Part shown: piece after piece, positions 18,150-24,499 of the stretch
How the letters are laid out: each line of letters begins with the position of its first letter
How positions within the stretch are numbered: position 1 is the first letter of the stretch
Assembly (NCBI GenBank): GCA_048882505.1
Contig: JBHLRO010000004.1
Span: forward strand, 140,193-172,192
Reading direction: 5' to 3'
DNA: 32,000 nucleotides
Source: Candidatus Thorarchaeota archaeon
GTDB taxonomy: Archaea; Asgardarchaeota; Heimdallarchaeia; Hodarchaeales; Hodarchaeaceae
Translations under genes and position numbers: made by a program
Notes under the pieces: generated by a model
What the model was told of the DNA's origin: nothing
What the model saw: only the letters and a program-made list of their open reading frames with translations
Database searches by the model: none

Positions 18150-18911
18150 TTGCCAAACAAGATGCACTCTAAACAGATGATAGCATTTCCTCTTGTACTG
18201 GCACTGTTCTTGGGTTTTGTATCATCTATTGCCTATAATCCAGAGGGGATTACTTCTTTTGAAGATTACCCTCTTGGGCCATTTTCTTCTTCTGCTTCCT
18301 CGCCGTATTCGCTCCATTCATGGTTTCCAGAGGTGGCCTCAGACCCTATCGCCGCCATCGTAGAAGATTCAAATCACGTTTACCATGGAAATCGCTCGCT
18401 CATGTTGAAGATTGATGGGAGTGGAGACGATGGCACTGTATGGCTGCAAACGGCCATTCCTGCTGCTTCGATTGGTAATCCAGGATCCAAACACACTTTT
18501 TCGATCAGTGCCTGGATTTGGGCCGCCCAACAGTCCGACTTGAACCAATGGCCTGTAATCGCAGCCATTAATACGTCTCCTCCCGTTGTAAATGACGCAC
18601 GGCAAGAAATAGATTTTACAATCATTGGATTTACAGAAGAGAAGGCTGGCTGGAGCGAATACAGTCTCGAAATTATTGATTTCGAGCTGGTTAACCCATT
18701 GGATGCCCAGATCTATGTTTCTTTTGGAATCTCCGTGACATGGGAAGCAAATCGCACATATTGGGTGGATTACATGACGATTAAAGTCGACTCTAAGATA
18801 TATCAAGGTCTAACCATGAACGAACCATTTCCAGGGATCCTTCTGGTGAGTGGTGGAATTGCCCTAGCTCTTTTCGTTGCGGTAAGAAAGAGAATGCGAA
18901 GATTTAACTAA
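18150..18911 (+). CDS. Exported beta-sandwich (carbohydrate-binding-like) protein with C-terminal TM anchor
   Basis: N-terminal signal, YHGNRSL and WVDYMTI strands typical of galactose-binding-like domains, C-terminal TM followed by RKRMRR. Confidence 0.55.
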   Translation: MPNKMHSKQMIAFPLVLALFLGFVSSIAYNPEGITSFEDYPLGPFSSSASSPYSLHSWFPEVASDPIAAIVEDSNHVYHGNRSLMLKIDGSGDDGTVWLQTAIPAASIGNPGSKHTFSISAWIWAAQQSDLNQWPVIAAINTSPPVVNDARQEIDFTIIGFTEEKAGWSEYSLEIIDFELVNPLDAQIYVSFGISVTWEANRTYWVDYMTIKVDSKIYQGLTMNEPFPGILLVSGGIALALFVAVRKRMRRFN

Positions 18912-19588
18912 TGTCTTTTCTTCCTACGCGATTTTTTTACTTCTATCAGTTTTTCTTTCTCAAAAATTCCCTCAATACTCTCCATTCTTTGATCTAAACG
19001 TTTTTGAATTACTGCTGAGAATCCTTCAAGCTCCTGACTCCCTTCCATACCTAGCTCCTTGGAATATTCGTAGTTTAGGTTTCCATAATCCTGCAAACGT
19101 CGTGACATGTATTTCTCCAGAATCTCTTCCATACTCCCCTCCTTGCCAATAAAGCCCCGTAACAGTCCCATCAGCCCCAACCGATCTAACGTATCAGCGT
19201 CATACACCACCTTTTCTTCAGGAGTCTGAGGAGGAATACCACTTGTCGGAGTATGTCTTACTACTACTCGAGTAATTTGATCTCTGACTTTGTGATCTAA
19301 ACTGCCGATACCTTCTAGGAACTCCTCTGCAATGGATCCTCCAAAAAGCCCATGGAAACTGGAAAACATTGAATTAGTTTTACCAATATCATGTAAGAGG
19401 GCACCACTGATGGTTACAAAAGGGTCAACAGGATCTTCAATATTCTTAGCTATTTTGATAGCATTTCGCGCCACAGTGAGCACATGCGAATAGTCATGGG
19501 AATCCGATGTGGCATGACAGCGTTTTACAAACTCCTGAATACGCAGGAGAATTCCTAACTCCTCGTTTGTTAAAGTTCGAGTAAACAT
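18908..19588 (-). CDS. HD-domain metal-dependent phosphohydrolase
   Basis: HDYSHVLTV, LLHDIGK, HT, YDADTLD. Convergent 4-nt overlap with the neighbouring gene. Confidence 0.85.
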   Translation of the reverse strand: MFTRTLTNEELGILLRIQEFVKRCHATSDSHDYSHVLTVARNAIKIAKNIEDPVDPFVTISGALLHDIGKTNSMFSSFHGLFGGSIAEEFLEGIGSLDHKVRDQITRVVVRHTPTSGIPPQTPEEKVVYDADTLDRLGLMGLLRGFIGKEGSMEEILEKYMSRRLQDYGNLNYEYSKELGMEGSQELEGFSAVIQKRLDQRMESIEGIFEKEKLIEVKKSRRKKRH

Positions 19589-19725
19589 GAATGATCTTTC
19601 TGCATTCCCAATTTTTGAATGTATGCGAACGAAAGGCGGATAGTTTCTCTAGACGCTGATAGAAGTCAATTTAATTGTCAAATAGCACCAAAATCAACCA
19701 TTGGCTTCTGATCCTTGGTTCATTG

Positions 19726-20883
19726 TCAAGTATGTTTCTCTGCGAAAATGAGCTCTAATGCTTCCTTAACTGGGGAATTAAGCTGATAATTCACCTCTCG
19801 GCCGATCTTCATGTATTTAACCAATTTTTCCTGAACGAGCCCTTGACAGGAATAGGTGAGGGAACTTTCTTTGATCCCTGTTCGTGCTTGGAGCTCTGAA
19901 CGCTGAATTATACCCGTTTCGTGGTTCAGGAGTAACATCTCATCCAAGATTGTTGTTTGTGATTCACTAAACGGTCTCATTGGAGTCCCGAGAAGATTTA
20001 CGATTCCTTCCGCGTTTACGAATTCTTCGAACCTAGAGAAGCGAGCCAAAAGCTTGAGTGCAGGAATGTAACGGAGTTGGCTGATCCAATGCTCCAGATC
20101 AGGGAGTTCTAAACGAGGAACTTCTATTCCAACTCCGAGACTAGGGATTCCGTTCAGAATATTCCTCACAAGCCAAATAGCTAAGCCTGGAAGCCCAAAT
20201 GATAGCGTTGCGATTGCTTGGATAGCCTCAGGTGAAAAAGGGGACGGTTGTTGGGACCATCGAATGCGAGATTGGATAATTTCCACGATTTCCCTTGTCT
20301 TGGAGATCCCAAAGGGATGAAATTCTCCTGGTTTATCGAAGACCATCAGGTTCGTATCTGGAGCTCCTTGACGTAACCAGTAGTATTCCAATGTGCTTAT
20401 GATGACCAAAACGACAAGTTTATGCTTTTTAGCGCGGTATTGAAGGTTTTCCAAAGACTCTTGCTTCAAATCACGCCAAATTGGGAATACGCTGTCTAGA
20501 ACCAAAAATTTGGTGTTGCTAAGATCGACATCCTCCCACCAGGCCCAAAATTCTGGGTCATACAGCCTATATTGCGCATATTTCGGGCCATATTCTGCTT
20601 GCAACTGATTAACTGCAATGAGCGCTGCGGTGGACTTTCCACTTCGTCTTGGCCCATGGATAACCACCACGTCTTTCTTAATTTCGTCAATCCAAGCAAT
20701 TTTGTTTGCTAAAACACTGATTTGTTCCGTATCCACCGTTAAATTTGGTTTTTGGCGGGTTAATTCAAATTCATCACTAAACGCTTCAAGAAGGAGTTGT
20801 GAATTTTCGTATTGTGCCTTCCGTTTTTTCGCTTGGTCTTTGGCCTGCTTAAATGAATCAATAAACGAAGGCAGATAAGCCAA
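19726..20883 (-). CDS. P-loop ATPase (AAA+/Cdc6-like architecture) with C-terminal winged helix
   Basis: Walker A GPRRSGKS, degenerate Walker B LVLDSV, lid-like FSPEAIQAIATLSFGLPG, wHTH ending KIGREVNYQL. Confidence 0.65.
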   Translation of the reverse strand: MAYLPSFIDSFKQAKDQAKKRKAQYENSQLLLEAFSDEFELTRQKPNLTVDTEQISVLANKIAWIDEIKKDVVVIHGPRRSGKSTAALIAVNQLQAEYGPKYAQYRLYDPEFWAWWEDVDLSNTKFLVLDSVFPIWRDLKQESLENLQYRAKKHKLVVLVIISTLEYYWLRQGAPDTNLMVFDKPGEFHPFGISKTREIVEIIQSRIRWSQQPSPFSPEAIQAIATLSFGLPGLAIWLVRNILNGIPSLGVGIEVPRLELPDLEHWISQLRYIPALKLLARFSRFEEFVNAEGIVNLLGTPMRPFSESQTTILDEMLLLNHETGIIQRSELQARTGIKESSLTYSCQGLVQEKLVKYMKIGREVNYQLNSPVKEALELIFAEKHT

Positions 20884-20936
20884 CTCCAGAAATAGGAATC
20901 TGAGTACGTTGTAAGGATTGGATCACGAGTACTCAC

Positions 20937-20984
20937 TTCGAAACACCCGAAGTATTTGAAATATTCGAAATTTGAAATATCCGA
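20937..20984 (+). repeat. Three tandem imperfect 14-bp repeats TTYGAAAYAYYCGA
   Basis: TTCGAAACACCCGA (20937), TTTGAAATATTCGA (20955), TTTGAAATATCCGA (20971), in a divergent intergenic region. Confidence 0.55.
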
Positions 20985-21074
20985 CAATATATGTATATGA
21001 CGATATTATCCCCAGACATTTCGCCAATTACAGGGAAAGAACCTCTTTAAACCACTTTCAGAATCTGTTCAATC

Positions 21075-21323
21075 ATGAGGATTACCTACCCCGAAGATCT
21101 TAAATGCCCTCATTGCAAGGCGGTCATTAGACTAGATTCCAGCGTAGGACTTACAGCAAGAACAGACGATTTACTCATAATCAGTATTGATGTTCCTTGG
21201 AGTATGAACAGCGCGAAAGATATGCGATCCAATAAACAGAATATCGGGCTTAGCGCACCCAAATTTGTTATCTGCCAATACTGTCACACGATCTTGGGGA
21301 CATATGATTATAGATCACATTGA
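21075..21323 (+). CDS. Small Zn-ribbon protein
   Basis: 82 aa with CPHC and CQYC pairs. Confidence 0.55.
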   Translation: MRITYPEDLKCPHCKAVIRLDSSVGLTARTDDLLIISIDVPWSMNSAKDMRSNKQNIGLSAPKFVICQYCHTILGTYDYRSH

Positions 21324-21357
21324 AGTTTGGTCTTCTTATGGCTACTATGAGTTTGAC

Positions 21358-22029
21358 TCAATGTGTATATCCTGCAAGAACAGCTGAGATAATCCGATTC
21401 TCAGCTTTACGTAAATGTTCTGTCACAGTGGATTTAGTTATACCGAGCTGTTTGGAGAGGTCTTCCGTGGTGATTCCCCTAGGGGATTGATAATAACCCC
21501 TCTCTTTAGCTTGCAAGAGAATGTCTTTTTGTTTTTCTGTCAGGATAGAAAGTAGATCAAATTCAGTGAAGGAGTAATTCTGGATTGAAGTTACTTTGAT
21601 GGTCCATAAATCCTTAAAAAACGAAAGAAGGGCTTTTATTGTCTCATTTTCCCCAATAAAGGATAGAACTAGTTTCTCCTCATTGATGAATCCCGGAAGG
21701 TCAAATATGACATCGAACTTTTGAGCAAGAGGAGCGTATTGTTCAAGCATACCAAGTTGGTCAGATAGATATTGAATTTTGGCCAGACAGGTGTAATTAT
21801 TGCCGCTTTCGCTTAAAATCGCCAATGAAAAAAGGTGTTCAGGGGTTTGTAGGTCCTTTAGAGTGTAACCTTCTTTCATCTGAATTTGTATGATAAGTAG
21901 CTTCATACCTCTCTCCAAATCCAATCTTAAAACGGCCTTTAGTTCAACTGATTCAACAGTATCAAAGATAGCAGAGGGTAGAATTCCTGAGAGTGATTTC
22001 GGATCTATTTCGAGGATGACTTTCCGCAT
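21358..22029 (-). CDS. Bacterio-opsin-activator-type (HTH_10) transcriptional regulator
   Basis: LTEKQKDILLQAKERGYYQSPRGITTEDLSKQLGITKSTVTEHLRKAENRII; divergent from the methyltransferase. Confidence 0.85.
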   Translation of the reverse strand: MRKVILEIDPKSLSGILPSAIFDTVESVELKAVLRLDLERGMKLLIIQIQMKEGYTLKDLQTPEHLFSLAILSESGNNYTCLAKIQYLSDQLGMLEQYAPLAQKFDVIFDLPGFINEEKLVLSFIGENETIKALLSFFKDLWTIKVTSIQNYSFTEFDLLSILTEKQKDILLQAKERGYYQSPRGITTEDLSKQLGITKSTVTEHLRKAENRIISAVLAGYTH

Positions 22030-22067
22030 ATGGGAATTCTGATTCGCTGCTTTAAAAATACCCGCCC

Positions 22068-22797
22068 ATGAACGGAGATAAGTTCATGGGGAGGACCGAC
22101 AATATTGTCCTGAATTCAGATGTGATTCGGATGGGGCAAAATCAAGAACAAAAATCTAAACGAAACCTAAGCATTTACGACATCGGGGGAATCTTGGGAA
22201 CAGAAGCTGGTCATTTCGGAGGAATGCCTGCTACAGCGCGTTTACTAGAAATTATGGAGATCAATCCAATGGAGGACAAACGGTGGCTGGAGATTGGATG
22301 TGGTTCGGGTACAACAAGTTGCTTTATTGCAGAGCGATTTCCCCAACTTCAGGTGATCGGAATTGACCTTTCTAAACAAATGATTGCTAGCGCGAAAAAA
22401 CGCGCCCAAAAGAATCAGCTTTCCAATGCAGAATTCCTCGTCGCCAATGCCCATAATTTGCCTTTCAAAGACAATTTTTTCGACGTGGTAATCGCTGAGT
22501 CCGCTACTGGTGTAATACCAGATAAATCAAGGCTTCTTCGGGAATACTTAAGAGTTCTAAAGCCAGGTGGTAAATTTGGGAACATTGACGGATTTTTGAC
22601 TTCTGAAGCCGCCCCCGAAGTGGGAACAAAGATAAGTGAACTAATGACCGGCGTTATTGGATCATCAATTGCCATCCGCACCAGCCAGGAATGGAAAGAT
22701 CTATTTCGCGATGCAGGGTTTTCAAATATTAGAACGGAAGAAAGTAGACAAGACGTGCTCCCTTTTACAACTACTAAGGTCATTCGTAAAACATATG
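22068..22797 (+). pseudogene. Class I SAM-dependent methyltransferase, 5' part of an interrupted gene
   Basis: WLEIGCGSGTT, VIGIDLS, ANAHNLPF, FDVVIAES, RVLKPGG. The 255-aa ORF reads into the insertion, stops at 22835 and lacks the final beta strand. Confidence 0.88.
22791..22797 (+). repeat. Left copy of 7-bp direct repeat ACATATG (target duplication or crossover core)
   Basis: Identical to 27478-27484 and in the same codon phase (ACA TAT G) of the methyltransferase. Confidence 0.85.
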
Positions 22798-22830
22798 TTG
22801 ATCTTAAGGATACCTCGGCGCTTAGAAATG

Positions 22831-22851
22831 TGTAAAGTTAGGTGGTGTGCT
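22831..22851 (+). repeat. Left arm of an imperfect 21-bp inverted repeat (partner 27460-27480)
   Basis: TGTAAAGTTAGGTGGTGTGCT versus reverse complement TGTAAAGTGGTGGGGTTTGCT: 16/21, first 8 identical. Confidence 0.65.
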
Positions 22852-22982
22852 TTATTCTTGGTGGGAATATGCTTATTCTTTCGGAAATAATGGGGAAGTA
22901 TAATCCTACGGAGACATTATCTATTATTGATTCAACAACAGCCTCAAAAAGGGTGCAAAAGTAAACGATCTCACCCTACCCC

Positions 22983-23014
22983 TATATCTTACTATCTATA
23001 TATCTTACTATCTA
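22983..23014 (+). repeat. Perfect 16-bp tandem duplication (TATATCTTACTATCTA)x2
   Basis: Read directly; lies in the non-coding left end of the element. Confidence 0.85.
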
Positions 23015-23024
23015 ATCCCTTCTC

Positions 23025-23537
23025 TTAATCCCTTTCTACTCGTCTTTTACGAATCAGAACTAATGTTAGCCCAATTAAGACCAACCCGATAATTTCTATC
23101 CCGTAGGACGCATCTGAAACAACACCCGTCTTTGTAATCGTTGCAACGACCATATCGGTGAAAACGATCTGGAAAGTCACTTCATAAGAATTTGCGTAAA
23201 TAGTCTGAATTTCAAACGTAAAATTAAGAGTATTTGAACTAGAAAAGGTAATCTGACCCGTCCAAGTGTCTTGAAGAGAGCTTAATCCATCGGGGCTTGA
23301 TGTCCATGTAAATAATGTTGCTGTATTATTAGATGCTGAAACATACGCCACGTATGAGCCAGCAGATCCATTTGCTTCAATAAAAACATGATAATCGCCT
23401 GCTGGTATAAACACTGATTGTTGACTCGGCGTTGTTGTCGTTGCTCCTCCAATGATCGATATTTGATTACCACTAACAGGAATTAAAGTCATACCCAGTA
23501 GTAAACTAAAAATAACCAATAACCCTATCTTTTTCAT
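23025..23537 (-). CDS. Element-borne cell-surface protein with signal peptide and PGF-CTERM-like anchor
   Basis: MKKIGLLVIF signal, beta-rich body, SYGIE-TM-RKRR tail, GAGGTGG SD. Confidence 0.75.
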   Translation of the reverse strand: MKKIGLLVIFSLLLGMTLIPVSGNQISIIGGATTTTPSQQSVFIPAGDYHVFIEANGSAGSYVAYVSASNNTATLFTWTSSPDGLSSLQDTWTGQITFSSSNTLNFTFEIQTIYANSYEVTFQIVFTDMVVATITKTGVVSDASYGIEIIGLVLIGLTLVLIRKRRVERD

Positions 23538-23586
23538 CTTCTACCACCTCATTTTCCTCTTCATTTAAAATTCCGTAATTTCTTGA

Positions 23587-23811
23587 CTAATCCGTTGAAA
23601 TGTTTCTTACAGCGCTGACAATTTCAACTTCACCTTGATTGTCCATTTCTAATTGCTGTTTTAAAATGGTAGCTAATTGAGTTTTAGTTGAAATTGTATG
23701 AAAACTTTCTTCTGCTCGTTCTTGATTTCGTTTATCGGCAAAATCTTTGACAATTATAGCTAAACGCTTGTATAACACCATCTTTTTTTTGATTATACAG
23801 CATAGGTTCAT
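23587..23811 (-). CDS. Element-borne small hypothetical protein (74 aa)
   Basis: GAGGTAGAGG SD; ATGA overlap with the upstream micro-ORF; helical and charged. Confidence 0.55.
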   Translation of the reverse strand: MNLCCIIKKKMVLYKRLAIIVKDFADKRNQERAEESFHTISTKTQLATILKQQLEMDNQGEVEIVSAVRNISTD

Positions 23812-23879
23812 TTTCTAGCCTCTACCTCTGGAATATAATAGTATCCATCTTTGTATTCCTGGAATAGGGAATATAACAT
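23808..23879 (-). CDS. Putative 23-aa micro-ORF MLYSLFQEYKDGYYYIPEVEARK
   Basis: ATG overlaps the upstream TAA (TAATG); its TGA overlaps the next ATG (ATGA). Confidence 0.4.
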   Translation of the reverse strand: MLYSLFQEYKDGYYYIPEVEARK

Positions 23880-24499
23880 TAATTCCTTGTATTATTCTCC
23901 GATTTCTCAAGATTCGGATTCTTTTTTACATCTTTGAGAAAATACTCTAAATTACTTGGTTTAATCACTTTTGGATACCCTACTAGTGCAATCTTAACTA
24001 CTCTGTCTTTGGGTCTTGCTTTAATGGGAATATCTACCTTTTTAACGCTTCTAATCACATGCACTCCCATAGCCTCAGGAAGTAGCGTGAAAATTCTAGG
24101 GGTATTCTGACAAAATTGAATACATTTTTTCTTTAACCTTGATCTTACTCCTCCTTGCCAATATAGCACATTTCTACACTGTTTTTCCGTCCAATTCGGA
24201 TGTTTCTCTTTCATTTTGTCTCTATGTGCTTTCAGATTAAATTCTTCCAAAATAAACCAATGGTTCTTACTTAAATCGATAAAATCCTCGATTAATGGGG
24301 CTTGCGGCGGACATTCCAGTTTCTTGGCATAGTTAGGACACCCTCTAGGATGATTGGGATACGGTAGCCTGCACCACTCCCTCGCTCTATGATCAATAAC
24401 CAGCTTGCCTGTGACATCACACCAAGATACTGATAGCTTTGAAGCCCTAGCAACTATAGAAACCCATATACTCGTCAAAAAATATTTTGAAAACACCAT
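23879..24499 (-). CDS. DUF2284-like Cys-rich predicted metal-binding protein
   Basis: WCRLPYPNHPRGCPNY....CPP, CRNVLYWQ, PEAMGVHV; GGAG SD before ATG 24499. Confidence 0.7.
   Translation of the reverse strand: MVFSKYFLTSIWVSIVARASKLSVSWCDVTGKLVIDHRAREWCRLPYPNHPRGCPNYAKKLECPPQAPLIEDFIDLSKNHWFILEEFNLKAHRDKMKEKHPNWTEKQCRNVLYWQGGVRSRLKKKCIQFCQNTPRIFTLLPEAMGVHVIRSVKKVDIPIKARPKDRVVKIALVGYPKVIKPSNLEYFLKDVKKNPNLEKSENNTRN

Noticed and set aside
21273-21287. CQYCH (and CPKCH in the 963-aa protein) as heme c sites
   Set aside because: Neither protein has an export signal, and each motif pairs with a second Cys pair as a Zn finger.
22765-22770. Alternative junction at TTTACA (also at 27475-27480)
   Set aside because: Also in frame, but shorter than ACATATG and would delete TTKVIRKT; homolog alignment should settle it.
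22657-22890. +1 frameshift into the 77-aa overlapping ORF as the methyltransferase C-terminus
   Set aside because: The in-frame 3' part at 27478-27663 is a better MTase terminus and is joined by an exact repeat; most of this ORF's distinctive tail lies inside the insertion.
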